64,000 nt of DNA from Chloroflexota bacterium (GTDB lineage Bacteria; Chloroflexota; Dehalococcoidia; JACPPY01), in contig JACPPY010000047.1 of the NCBI GenBank assembly GCA_016190755.1, positions 13,752-77,751 of the forward strand. Direction: 5' to 3'. The notes below the pieces were generated by a model. That model had not been told where the DNA came from, searched no databases, and saw only the letters and a program-made list of their open reading frames with translations. The first letter of the stretch is position 1. The number at the start of each line of letters is the position of its first letter. The translations under genes and the position numbers were made by a program. Below are positions 18,346-28,321 of the stretch, piece by piece.

Positions 18346-20022
18346 TCATGCCTTGGAGGAATCCTGATGCCCCTCGGATGAATAGCCGTATTCCCTTTTT
18401 GCCTGTTCCGGACTGACGAAACCGTTGAGAACATCCTCCTGGACTTTGCTGCGTTCACGAAGCTCCGGTTTTCCGTAACCTCCGCCGCCGGGTAAAATGA
18501 GGGTTACGGTATCGCCTTTGTTCAACCGGATTTGTCCCTTGGGGAAAGCTATCGGTTCCCCGTTCTTGAATATAGCCCCACAGGTGCCGTCCTTGCCTCC
18601 CATATAGCCACGAGCCGGGTTTTTCAAACGCTCCGTGAGCAGGAAAATATCTGTAGGATAGGATGAAACGGACTCTACGGTAACACGCTGGGCCAGGCCT
18701 CCCCTGTACTGGCCCGGACCTCCGGAATCCATCAGGAACTCCTTCTCTGTTACACGCAGGCCCGTCGTTGTTTCCGTGCTTTCGACGAGGGTATTTCCCA
18801 CATTGCTGGGTATGCACAGGCATGAGATGCCGTCGCCCAAAGCGCTGGCCCCCTGCCCGCCGTTGGCCAGGAGACCAGTAGTAACGTATATCTCACCGTT
18901 TCCCCGCCGGCCCTGGACCATCATCCCCCAGAAGGGTGCGCTGCTCTCGGCATTCACTTTGTCCGGTATTACCTTTGCCAGAGCACCCAGGACCGCAGCA
19001 TGCACGAAATGACCGCTCAGGAAACGCGCCGAAACCGGCGCGGGATACCTGGGATTCAAAACGGACCCTTCCGGGACAATGACCTTGATAGGCCGGCATG
19101 AACCTTCGTTGTTTGGCACGAAGGGGCAGACCGCGCATTTTATGGCGTAAATGGTGAAAGCATAGGTATAGTTGTAGACCGAATTAATCCCATAGTCGAC
19201 CTGCGGGGACGTACCGCTGTAGTCCACCACCATCTCATCTCCATCGACCTTGATTGAGACCTCGATGTTCAGGGGTGTGTCCCAGCCATCAAAGGTAAGA
19301 CTCTGCGAGTAGACTCCGGCCGGAATCTTCGAGATGGCCTCCCTCATGGCGCGTTCCGAGACCTTCTGGACGGAGCGGGATATCATTTTCAAATCGGATA
19401 AGGAGTACTCTTGCATGAAGTCGCAGAGCCTGCTCTCACCGGTCTTGGCGGCGGTGACGGCAGCCTCGATATCACCCATTACCTCCATGGGAATCCTGAC
19501 GTTGGCCTTGATTATGTCCACGACCGCCTTTTCGATCTGGCCCTTGGAGTACAATTTGACGATGGGTATTTTCAAGCCTTCCTGGAAATGATCTGTGGTA
19601 TCTGCGGCAACACCACTCCTCCCACCGACGTCTGGCATATGGAACGTTAGGCCGCAAAAGCCTATGTGCTTCTTCCCAGAGAAAACCGGCAGCGCCATGG
19701 TCAGGTCCGGCAGGTGCCCGCTGGCGATCCATGGGTTATTAGTGATAATCACGTCCCCGGGCTTCAGTGTCCGCGAAGCGAATACCTTCAAAAACTCCCT
19801 GACCGTGTAAGACATCGTTCCGATGAATGCTGGAATTGCCTTGCTATTCTGAGCTATCAGGTCGCCGTTGGCATCCAGCAGAGCACAGCAGTAGTCGTTT
19901 GATTCCCTTACCACGCTTGAGAAGGCGGTCCTTTCAATGGTTGCCGCCATTTCATCGACGATACTGGTTAAACGGCTCCACCAGATGTTAAGCGTTATTC
20001 CATCCAGCGTTTCCACAATCAA
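18346..20022 (-). CDS. Hydantoinase B / oxoprolinase family (HyuB; acetone/acetophenone-carboxylase-like subunit)
   Basis: 558 aa, Hydantoinase_B family (MIVETLDGITLNIWWSRLTSIVDEMAATIERTAFS...). Confidence 0.85.
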   Translation of the reverse strand: MIVETLDGITLNIWWSRLTSIVDEMAATIERTAFSSVVRESNDYCCALLDANGDLIAQNSKAIPAFIGTMSYTVREFLKVFASRTLKPGDVIITNNPWIASGHLPDLTMALPVFSGKKHIGFCGLTFHMPDVGGRSGVAADTTDHFQEGLKIPIVKLYSKGQIEKAVVDIIKANVRIPMEVMGDIEAAVTAAKTGESRLCDFMQEYSLSDLKMISRSVQKVSERAMREAISKIPAGVYSQSLTFDGWDTPLNIEVSIKVDGDEMVVDYSGTSPQVDYGINSVYNYTYAFTIYAIKCAVCPFVPNNEGSCRPIKVIVPEGSVLNPRYPAPVSARFLSGHFVHAAVLGALAKVIPDKVNAESSAPFWGMMVQGRRGNGEIYVTTGLLANGGQGASALGDGISCLCIPSNVGNTLVESTETTTGLRVTEKEFLMDSGGPGQYRGGLAQRVTVESVSSYPTDIFLLTERLKNPARGYMGGKDGTCGAIFKNGEPIAFPKGQIRLNKGDTVTLILPGGGGYGKPELRERSKVQEDVLNGFVSPEQAKREYGYSSEGHQDSSKA

Positions 20023-20055
20023 ATCCTCTTTCCATCTGGGCGAGATAAAGACTCC

Positions 20056-22161
20056 TTAGCCTAACTTCTGTTGCTCGGCTACTTCCACAAGAAGATTAAG
20101 ATAAGAGTCCGTGCATATCCGGTCTCCGGGGCCAACCACGGTGGTCGATTCACGTTGCTCGACAATAGCTGGCCCGTCTATTTTCAGGTCCGGAACAAGA
20201 GAATAATGGTCGTAAACGGGAGTCTGGAAAGACCTGCGACATGAAGGGAAATAGACTGGTCGATGTCCCTTGAGCGCTGCATCGCCGCATTGGCCGTTTG
20301 CGCCGCGTGGTCTAATTTTCAACAGCGAGCCCTTCCCTTCGGCGTTCAGGCGCCAGTTCACGAGTTCGATGGGCATTTCGGCCTTGAGATACCGCTTATA
20401 AAGCTCCTCGTAGCGCTTGAAAAAGGCCTGCTTAAGCTCATTAGCATCGCGGTTGGTCAATATAGCCTCAGGAATCGGCACGTTGATTTCGTACCCCTGG
20501 CCGCGGTAGCGCATATCGGCCGTCCGGCGGAACTTGATCTGCTTCCTGTTGATCCCGCTGCTGGAGAAGAGGCTCACAGCCTCCTCCACCATGTCCGCGT
20601 CCAACGCTTCCAGAGCTTTCCAATCAATGCCAGACAGATTGATGAGATGGCTGCGTACGAAGTCCATCGCGATCGGCGTCGCCATGAGGCCTATGGCTGA
20701 TAGGACTCCTGCCGACAGCGGGCATATGACCTTACGTATGCCGACCCTGCGCGCGACCTCGATGGCATGCACCGGCCCGGCCCCGCCGAAGGCAAACAGG
20801 CTGTACTGACGGTAGTCTTTACCCTCTTCCGCTAAGTGCACCCTGGCAGCGTTTGCCATGGTCTCATTAACTACCGTGTTGATGCCTGCGGCGGCCTCGA
20901 GCACCGAGATATTCATCTTACTGGCCAGCGAATCGCCGATAGCTTTTTCCGCGAGGTCCTGGCGGAGCCGCATATTCCCCTGAAGGAAGTTATCCGGATT
21001 GAGGTATCCCAGCACAAGGTCGGCATCGGTAACAGTGGGCTGTGTCCCACCCCGGTCATAACATGCAGGCCCGGGCTTTGAACCGGAGCTGATGGGCCCG
21101 ACTTTCAAAAGTCCCAGCTCGTCCACGGAAGCGATGCTGCCGCCTCCAGCGCCTATCTCCACCATGTTGATGACCTGAATCTTGAGCGGAAGCCCGCTGC
21201 CTTTTTCAAAACGGGCTATTCTTGCCACCTCGAAATCATTCACCAGGTGCGCCGCCTCAGCCGTGATCAAGGCAATCTTGGCGGTGGTGCCGCCCATATC
21301 GAAGGTGACGAGGTTTGGCGTGCCGATGAGTTTCCCGTAGAACATGCCAGCCATGGCTCCGGCAGCCGGACCCGATTCAACCAGCTTCACTGGGAATCTT
21401 TCCGCTACGTCACTGGTAACCACTCCTCCACCGGAGTGCATCAGGTACAGGCCGGAGGAGAGTTGCATTGCCTCAAGCTCCCGGCGCAAATCGGCGAAGT
21501 GGGCGTGAGCTACCGGTAAAAGGTACGCGTTGGCCACCACAGTAGAACAGCGGGTGTACTCACGCATCTCGGGAACGACTTCAGACGAAATACTGACCTC
21601 AACCCCGGGCATGAGTTTCTTCACCAGTTCGGCGGCTTTTTGCTCATGGGCGGGATTGCAGTAGGAGTGGAGGAAGCAGATGGCTATTGCCTCAACCTTC
21701 TCCTTCTTGAGGTCTTCGATTATTCCCGACAGGTCTCTCTCATCCAGAGCTTCGATGATATTGCCGTCTTTATCCATTCTCTCGGCAACCCCGCGCCGCA
21801 GGTAGCGCGGCACAAGTGGCTCCGGCATTTTCAACAAAAGGTCATAGATGTTGTAGCGCCACTCCCGGGCCATCTCGATAACATCGCGGAACCCTTTGGT
21901 TGTAACCAGAGCTGTCTTCTTGCCTTTTCTTTCGATGAGGCAATTGGTCAGCAGAGTGGTTGCCCCCCGGACGGGTTCCTGAACATCTCTGTTCGGGATA
22001 TTAGCTTTATCTATGGCGTCCTGGAGCCCGTCCCGAATGCCGTTTATAGGCTCATCGGGGTCCGTGGGGACCTTGGCAACGGTGATTTTCCCCGTGTTAT
22101 CATCAAACAGGACAACATCGGTGAATGTACCACCCACATCGAAACATAGGTGGTAGCTCAC
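20056..22161 (-). CDS. Hydantoinase A / oxoprolinase family (HyuA; ATP-binding subunit)
   Basis: 701 aa, N-terminal ATPase motif CFDVGGTFTDVVLFD. GTG start. Confidence 0.85.
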   Translation of the reverse strand: MSYHLCFDVGGTFTDVVLFDDNTGKITVAKVPTDPDEPINGIRDGLQDAIDKANIPNRDVQEPVRGATTLLTNCLIERKGKKTALVTTKGFRDVIEMAREWRYNIYDLLLKMPEPLVPRYLRRGVAERMDKDGNIIEALDERDLSGIIEDLKKEKVEAIAICFLHSYCNPAHEQKAAELVKKLMPGVEVSISSEVVPEMREYTRCSTVVANAYLLPVAHAHFADLRRELEAMQLSSGLYLMHSGGGVVTSDVAERFPVKLVESGPAAGAMAGMFYGKLIGTPNLVTFDMGGTTAKIALITAEAAHLVNDFEVARIARFEKGSGLPLKIQVINMVEIGAGGGSIASVDELGLLKVGPISSGSKPGPACYDRGGTQPTVTDADLVLGYLNPDNFLQGNMRLRQDLAEKAIGDSLASKMNISVLEAAAGINTVVNETMANAARVHLAEEGKDYRQYSLFAFGGAGPVHAIEVARRVGIRKVICPLSAGVLSAIGLMATPIAMDFVRSHLINLSGIDWKALEALDADMVEEAVSLFSSSGINRKQIKFRRTADMRYRGQGYEINVPIPEAILTNRDANELKQAFFKRYEELYKRYLKAEMPIELVNWRLNAEGKGSLLKIRPRGANGQCGDAALKGHRPVYFPSCRRSFQTPVYDHYSLVPDLKIDGPAIVEQRESTTVVGPGDRICTDSYLNLLVEVAEQQKLG

Positions 22162-22277
22162 TGGCTTTCACCACCAGCCCGCGCTCGCAGCGAAAAACTC
22201 CTCATTTCAAACCTCGACTAAATTACAAAAACAGGCTACTGAGGCAGCAGAGAACCGATCGGCAGCACTTGGTCCTG

Positions 22278-23009
22278 CTAAGGCACAGCCTTCGTATTAG
22301 GATAGTCAGGATCGTGCAATGGGACGACAATGTCGGCGATCTTCTTTATTCGGACCAAGCTGTCATAGGCATCGAGAGGATTAACATGCGTGCTGGGAGG
22401 ATTGACTGTCATACCGCTGAACGACGGCAGAGACGGTTCAAAGTTCTCTCTGATGCTGCACAAACCCGAGATAACCGCCAGCCCCTTCTTTGTCTTAACA
22501 CCTACAGATTGACCGCCCGGAGAATGGCCGGGGGTCTTAAATACGGATATTTCATCGTTGATAATTTTGTCCCCGTCTATGACGTCAAAGTCTAGTCCTT
22601 TGAAGAACTCTGCAACGTAGGTTGTATGAAACAAGGGGTGCGGATGGAGCGCGAGAGGAAACTCGTCTTTCTGCACAATGAACTTCGCTTTCGGGAATTT
22701 CGAAGCCAGCGCCACATGGTCGTGATGAAGGTGAGTCAAGATAATGATCTCGATGTCCCCGGGACGAAGCCCAAGCTTTTTCAGACCGGCATCAAGGGTC
22801 TGAAACTCTTCGCCTTTTGCCCCTCTTTCTTTCACAAAAAAATCGAAACTGCCGCCAGCATCTACCAGCGTTCTTCTGGCCGTACCTTCGATAAACCAGA
22901 CATAGTTCGTAAGAGAAATTAACCCTTCAGCCCTGTACTTGTGGAGAACTTCGGATTTTATGCCTTCGGTGCGGAACAGAGGGATGGGATGTATAACGCA
23001 ATTCTCCAT
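22278..23009 (-). CDS. MBL-fold metallo-hydrolase
   Basis: HxHxDH motif (ILTHLHHDHVALA). Start taken at MENCVIH, which has GAGG 6 nt upstream. The ORF track adds 4 aa. Confidence 0.75.
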   Translation of the reverse strand: MENCVIHPIPLFRTEGIKSEVLHKYRAEGLISLTNYVWFIEGTARRTLVDAGGSFDFFVKERGAKGEEFQTLDAGLKKLGLRPGDIEIIILTHLHHDHVALASKFPKAKFIVQKDEFPLALHPHPLFHTTYVAEFFKGLDFDVIDGDKIINDEISVFKTPGHSPGGQSVGVKTKKGLAVISGLCSIRENFEPSLPSFSGMTVNPPSTHVNPLDAYDSLVRIKKIADIVVPLHDPDYPNTKAVP

Positions 23010-23130
23010 GATCGGCCTCAACTTGAATGACAGTATCGTAGCTGCTTACTGGGGATTATTTTATCACAACGGTCAATGAATACCATTCGGGCGGTACTCA
23101 TCATTTTGGCCATGGCTGTAAACGAGGCCC

Positions 23131-23355
23131 TTAGCCCTGCTCAGGCATCCTGGCGTCTCGCTCCAGCACTTCAGCCAGAGCCTTATAGCCCTCGCCACCG
23201 AAGGACTTGAACTGCATGGCAAGCAGTTCCGAATACTTCAGGCCTTTGGAGTTGATCCAGTCACGGTGCGACTTGTCCCCTCTGCCGATCATATGGCGCG
23301 CAAGGTCCAGAGACGTAGCCGAAATCTTCTTGCAGGTGGGACATTGATAGCTCAT
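23131..23355 (-). CDS. Small C2H2-like zinc-finger protein (74 aa), function unknown
   Basis: YQCPTCKKISATSLDLARHMIGRGDKSH gives a C-x2-C...H...H pattern. Strong RBS AAGGAGG 5 nt upstream of the ATG. Lies 24 nt downstream of the Mo-hydroxylase large subunit. Confidence 0.5.
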   Translation of the reverse strand: MSYQCPTCKKISATSLDLARHMIGRGDKSHRDWINSKGLKYSELLAMQFKSFGGEGYKALAEVLERDARMPEQG

Positions 23356-23378
23356 GGTGAACCTCCTTGGTGGTCAGG

Positions 23379-25661
23379 CTACGCTTCGGAAGGCTTTTTG
23401 TGCTTCTTCTCGTGCAGGGCCTTAAGGACCTTCTCCGGGGTTATGGGCAGGTCTGTTATCCGCACCCCCACGGCGTTATACACCGCATTGGCTATGGCAC
23501 CGGCAGTGGGGTTGGTGAGCCCCTCGCCAGCTTCTTTGGCTCCAAAGGGCCCCTCCGGCTCGTAGGTCTCGACCTCGACGATCTCCGTCTCAGGTATGTC
23601 CGGAGCCAGAAGTAACTTGTAGTCCCTGAAGCAGCCATTCTGTATCTTGCCGTCGTGAATAGGCAACTCCTCGCTCAGGCCGTAGCCCGCCGCCATCGCC
23701 AGTGCTCCTTCGAGCTGGCCTTCGATGCCTATGGGGTTGATCACCGTCCCGCTCTCGTGGGCCGTGGTCGCCTTTACCAAGGATACTTGTCCGGTCTCGG
23801 TGTCCACTTCCACTTCCACCGCCTGGACGCCAAAGCTGAAGGCTGGGGAGACCATGCCTTTGCGGTGGGGGCTGTAGTGGCCACGTCCGATTATAGCTTC
23901 ACCGTCTTTACCTCGTATGGCGGCTTTCACTGCATCGAAGTAAGACATTCCTTTCTCCGGGCGGTCTACCAGGTGAACCCACCGATCTTTAATATCCAGG
24001 TCATAGACGATATTGGGCTTCAGGGCGGCGGCGGCAAACTCCAATAACTGTCGCTTGGCATCGGCGGCTGCCATCTTGACGGCACTGCCGTTCATCAGGG
24101 TTTCACGGCTGCCCCAGGAGCCGAGGTCAGGAGGGCAAATACTGGTGTCTCCCACGTGCAGCCTGATATCCTCCAGCCGCACCCCCAACTCCTCGGCGCA
24201 GATCATGCTCAGCGTGGTGTTGGCGCCCTGACCGGTATCAGCGGCACCGGTGAACAGGTCAACCTTGCCGTCGATGTTGACCCTGACCATAGCCGCCGAG
24301 AAGGCGTAGGGCGTGTCAAACCAGTTGAAAATACCGCCGGAAATGAACCCATAGGCAGCGACGCCGATGCCGCGGTTCGCCGGTAGTTTACCTCGCCGCT
24401 TGATACGTTCCTCGATCTGGTCCAGACACTCGTGCAGTCCACAACTCCCGATGAAGGCCTCTCCCGGAACTTCATAGCCGGGCGCCATACCATTCTTGCG
24501 CCTTATCTCCATTGGGTCTATCCCCAGGTCTTCCGCCATCATGTCGATCTGGGATTCCCCGACGAAAGTCGCCTGCGGCGCACCGAAACCGCGCATGGCC
24601 GATGTCGGGGCAGTGTTGGTATAAACACGATAGCCGTCGTACCTGTAGTTGGGATACTTGTACGGGAAGGAGGAGAAGAAACCGGTAAGATAAAGCGCCG
24701 TAGCACCCATGCCGGTATAGGCGCCGCCCTCGGTAATAGCCCTGACCTCCTTCGCCAGGAGGGTGCCGTCCTTTTTCGCCCCCAGCTTCACGGCGTAGTA
24801 CATCGGAGTCCGCCGCTTGGTGGCCGTAAACTCCTCTTCTCGCGTGAGCACGATCTTTACCGGCCGGCAGAGCTTCATTGACAGGAGAGAGGCGCAAAAC
24901 TGGGCCGAGTCCAGCTCGAACTTGCTGCCGAAACCGCCTCCCGTAGGCGGCTTGATCACCCTGACATCGCCTTCCCTCAAGCCGAGCATCTCAGCCAGCA
25001 GCACCTGGATGTAATACGGGGACTGGCTCCCGGTGTGCACGGTGAGCTTGCCGTCGTAGCCAAAGCTGGCGATGGCGCCGTGCGTCTCCATGCAGGCATG
25101 GGCCTGGGAGGAGCACCTGAACATGTCTTCCCGAATGTGGTCGCAACGCCGGAAGGCCTCATCGACATCACCCCACTCGATATGGCGGGTATTGTTGATG
25201 TTGAGTTCCACCCCGTAATGCACCAGCGGCGCCCCCTCCTTGATAGCCTCCAACGGGTCAAACACCGCCGGCAACACTTCGTATTCGACCTTGATCAGGG
25301 AGAGCGCCTCCATGGCTGTGTCTTCATCAATAGCAGCTACGGCAGCAACCGGGTCCCCTACGTAGCGCACCTTGTCGCGGCACAGGATCTCTTCATCGCA
25401 GAGGTCCGGAAAACGCCGCCACACACCCTGTTTCTTGCCGATGGTGTCCTTGCCGGTGACTACTTTCTTGACGCCGGCCAGCCTCTCCGCCTGGCTGGTA
25501 TCCACATTTAGTATCCTGGCGTGAGGGTGTGGGCTTCTCAGTATCTTGCCGTAGAGCATGTTCGGAAAGCTGATGTCGGTAGTGTACTTGGCACTGCCGG
25601 TCAGCTTCTCGGTGGCATCTATGGACTGTAGACGTGTCCCGATAACTGAGTACTTGCTCAT
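23379..25661 (-). CDS. Molybdenum hydroxylase large (molybdopterin-binding) subunit (xanthine dehydrogenase / CO dehydrogenase / 4-hydroxybenzoyl-CoA reductase family)
   Basis: 760 aa with aldehyde-oxidase/xanthine-dehydrogenase a/b hammerhead and MoCo domains (GGGFG...GQG motifs). Confidence 0.85.
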   Translation of the reverse strand: MSKYSVIGTRLQSIDATEKLTGSAKYTTDISFPNMLYGKILRSPHPHARILNVDTSQAERLAGVKKVVTGKDTIGKKQGVWRRFPDLCDEEILCRDKVRYVGDPVAAVAAIDEDTAMEALSLIKVEYEVLPAVFDPLEAIKEGAPLVHYGVELNINNTRHIEWGDVDEAFRRCDHIREDMFRCSSQAHACMETHGAIASFGYDGKLTVHTGSQSPYYIQVLLAEMLGLREGDVRVIKPPTGGGFGSKFELDSAQFCASLLSMKLCRPVKIVLTREEEFTATKRRTPMYYAVKLGAKKDGTLLAKEVRAITEGGAYTGMGATALYLTGFFSSFPYKYPNYRYDGYRVYTNTAPTSAMRGFGAPQATFVGESQIDMMAEDLGIDPMEIRRKNGMAPGYEVPGEAFIGSCGLHECLDQIEERIKRRGKLPANRGIGVAAYGFISGGIFNWFDTPYAFSAAMVRVNIDGKVDLFTGAADTGQGANTTLSMICAEELGVRLEDIRLHVGDTSICPPDLGSWGSRETLMNGSAVKMAAADAKRQLLEFAAAALKPNIVYDLDIKDRWVHLVDRPEKGMSYFDAVKAAIRGKDGEAIIGRGHYSPHRKGMVSPAFSFGVQAVEVEVDTETGQVSLVKATTAHESGTVINPIGIEGQLEGALAMAAGYGLSEELPIHDGKIQNGCFRDYKLLLAPDIPETEIVEVETYEPEGPFGAKEAGEGLTNPTAGAIANAVYNAVGVRITDLPITPEKVLKALHEKKHKKPSEA

Positions 25662-25682
25662 GGCTGTCCTTCCCTGTGCGAT

Positions 25683-26164
25683 CTATTCTCGGGTGGCTCT
25701 CATCATAGCGGAGGCCTCTTTGATAGCCGCGATTATCTTGGTATAACCGGTGCAGCGGCATACGTTGCCCGCTATCGCCTGCCTTATCTCCCTGTCAGTG
25801 GGATTGGGGTTCTCGTCCAGCAGCGCCTTGGCGGATATCACCATGCCGGGAGTGCAGTAGCCGCATTGCAGAGCACCGGTTTTCAGGAAGGCCTCCTGTA
25901 TCGGATGGAGCTGCGAGTCCTTTGCCATGCCCTCGACGGTCAGCACCTCTGAGCCGTCAGCCTCCACCGCCAGAACTAGGCAGGAGAGTTGACTGACCTG
26001 CCGTCCAACATGACCGTGCACGCACCGCAATCCCCGGCATTGCAGCCTTTCTTGGTGCCAGTAAGGTGAAGCCGGTTGCGCAAAGTATCCAACAGCGACT
26101 CGCCCGGCTCTACCCCGAGTTGATGAGAGTCGCCGTTGACTCTCAAAGTGACTATTCGTTGCAT
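25683..26164 (-). pseudogene. [2Fe-2S] small subunit of the Mo hydroxylase, split by a +2 frameshift (ORFs 25976..26164 and 25683..26030)
   Basis: The 62-aa ORF carries the plant-type ferredoxin Cys cluster ([20 protein letters not shown]) and then stops. The 115-aa ORF continues in another frame with [10 protein letters not shown]...QCGYCTPGM...CRCTGY. The mRNA-sense sequence gtcaacTCTCctgcctag contains an extra TC relative to the expected gtcaactcctgccta (VNSCL). Confidence 0.7.
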
Positions 26165-26167
26165 GCT

Positions 26168-27046
26168 CTACCCCCTGGGCACCTTTATTTGCTCTAGTGA
26201 TAGATTAATGGCACGCCTGACCAGAACCTCAACCATCTCTCTGCGGTACCACTCGGAACCCCGGACGTCGGTTATCGGTCTGGCTTCGCTGGAGGCTGTC
26301 CTGGCAGCTTCCTCAACCACGGAACCCGTTAAGTTGGCTTTCAGTAAGGCAGCTTCCGCCTTCTTTGCTCTTATAGGGGTCGGGCCCACTGCCCCGAGCC
26401 CTATCCTGGCATCCAGGCACCTCGATACCGCCGCATTCGTTACCAGCCTGACGGCCACGCCGACAACAGCCAGGTCCATCGCCTTGCGGGGGCTCAGCTT
26501 CAGATAGACACACGCCGCGTGCTCTGGTAGGCAGTGTATCTGTATCTCGGTCAGTATCTCGTCGGCTCCCAGCGCCGTCTTCCCGGGCCCCAGGAAGAAC
26601 TCGTCTAGAGCTATGGTCCTCTCACCTGATTTGCCCACAACCCTGGCGGTAGCGCCCATGGCGATCAGGCAGGGAGGCATGTCCGCGGAGGGCGAGGCTC
26701 TACATATGTTGCCGCCGATGGTGGCCTTGTTTCGTACCTGGACTGACCCTAGCATGGCGGCTGCTTCACTCAGTATCCTGAACTCTTTCCGCACGATGAG
26801 GGAACGCTCAATGTCGCGTATCCGAGCTGTAGCGCCTACTTTCAGGCCCGATGCGTTGCGCTCAATGGCACCCAGACCGGGAATACGCTTTAAGTCGATG
26901 ACCTGCTGTGGATTAACCGCTCCCCGACGCATGTCGTTTATCAGTTCGGTGCCGCCGGCCAGGACCCTGGCTCTCGTGCCATACTTGTTCAGCAGGGCCA
27001 GAGCCTCATCCAGGCTGCCCGGAGCGGAATACACGAAGTCCTGCAT
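26168..27046 (-). CDS. Molybdenum hydroxylase FAD-binding medium subunit (CoxM/HcrB-like)
   Basis: LAGGTELINDMRRG and ATIGGNICRASPSADM are FAD_binding_5 motifs. RBS AAGGAGAG upstream. Confidence 0.85.
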   Translation of the reverse strand: MQDFVYSAPGSLDEALALLNKYGTRARVLAGGTELINDMRRGAVNPQQVIDLKRIPGLGAIERNASGLKVGATARIRDIERSLIVRKEFRILSEAAAMLGSVQVRNKATIGGNICRASPSADMPPCLIAMGATARVVGKSGERTIALDEFFLGPGKTALGADEILTEIQIHCLPEHAACVYLKLSPRKAMDLAVVGVAVRLVTNAAVSRCLDARIGLGAVGPTPIRAKKAEAALLKANLTGSVVEEAARTASSEARPITDVRGSEWYRREMVEVLVRRAINLSLEQIKVPRG

Positions 27047-27430
27047 TACAGCTCTCCTTGATTGCGTGAAGGCGTTTGAGCTACGTGGAGGTGAAAACCA
27101 GAACGATACGAATATATCTTCGTCGCCTCAACTCGGCGTATTCTATCATCCTACCTCTCCTTCCAACAAAGCCAATGCTCCCTACTTCATTGAGGCCCGG
27201 GTACCGATATCCTTTGAGTACATGGTCGACGTTGGGGAGAAGCAGTCACTGGTCAAAAGGGGTGCCCATCGCGCGGGGTAAGGGAACCAACTTCGATGTC
27301 CTTCTGGAGCTTGACCTCGGCCATGTGGACCTGGTCAGCCGTAGTATCGAGACCTCGGTCAGGGTAAGAGTAGCCGAGAAGGCTCGTTAGACTTTCCCAG
27401 CTTCAGCATCCAGCATGAAGTTTATGACAG

Positions 27431-28321
27431 CTACTTTATCGTGGCCGTGGACTCTTTAGCCAGGAGCCGTCTCCATTCCCGGTCGGTGATGTGCTGGATT
27501 TTGTCTATCGATTTGGCATCCAGATGCGAGAACCGCCCCTGGAGTCTGAGGTATTCAGAGACCGGGATCTCATGCTGTGGACGCTGGACCTTGTAACGTA
27601 AGCCATTAACAATTTCGAACAGCGGGAATATCTTACTTTCGACAGCCATGCGCGACAGCTTTACCGACAGGTCCTGGGAGCAACGCCAGCCGATAGGACA
27701 GGGCGACAGAACGTGAAGAAATCGGGTTCCACGGATTTGCATGGCTCTCTTGACCTTATAGATTAGGTCCTCCGGATAACCGATGGATGCCGAAGCCGCA
27801 TAGGGTATACGGTGCGCGGCCATGATATCCATGATCCTCTTCTTGTTTTCACCCTTAGGATTTGCCACGGGAGTAGTCGCGGTCCAGGCTCCGAGAGGGG
27901 TGGCTGAGCTACGCTGGATGCCTGTCGTCATATAGGCTTCATTATCGTAGCACACGAAAATGAAATTCTCGTTTCGCTCAATAGCGGCGGAAAGGGCCTG
28001 GATACCGATATCAAAGGTGCCGCCATCTCCAGCCACTGCAAGCACAGTGGTCTTAGTATCTCCGAGCATATCCAGTCCCGCCCTGATCCCACTGGCCCAG
28101 GAGGCCACCGCAGCAAACGGGGCATGCACTGAGGGAACGGTATAGTTTTGGGCGAAACCTGAATTACAGGAGGGGCAGGTAGTCACGATGACATCCTTGC
28201 CCAGTACTTTGAGTATCAGGCGCATCGCCAGGACCCCGCCACAGCCCGGACAGGCCATGACGCCCGGGGAGATATGCTCCTCAGAGGCTATTTGAGTATT
28301 AAACTGCTTTAACTTTCTCAC
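27431..28321 (-). CDS. 2-oxoacid:ferredoxin oxidoreductase beta subunit (TPP-binding)
   Basis: CPGCGG...GDGG.FDIG...N motifs of PorB/KorB/VorB. Confidence 0.85.
   Translation of the reverse strand: MRKLKQFNTQIASEEHISPGVMACPGCGGVLAMRLILKVLGKDVIVTTCPSCNSGFAQNYTVPSVHAPFAAVASWASGIRAGLDMLGDTKTTVLAVAGDGGTFDIGIQALSAAIERNENFIFVCYDNEAYMTTGIQRSSATPLGAWTATTPVANPKGENKKRIMDIMAAHRIPYAASASIGYPEDLIYKVKRAMQIRGTRFLHVLSPCPIGWRCSQDLSVKLSRMAVESKIFPLFEIVNGLRYKVQRPQHEIPVSEYLRLQGRFSHLDAKSIDKIQHITDREWRRLLAKESTATIK

Noticed and set aside
27076-27390. 104-aa plus-strand ORF in the OFOR/Mo-hydroxylase intergenic region
   Set aside because: No RBS or motif. The region is better explained as 3' UTR plus promoter of the flanking minus-strand operons.
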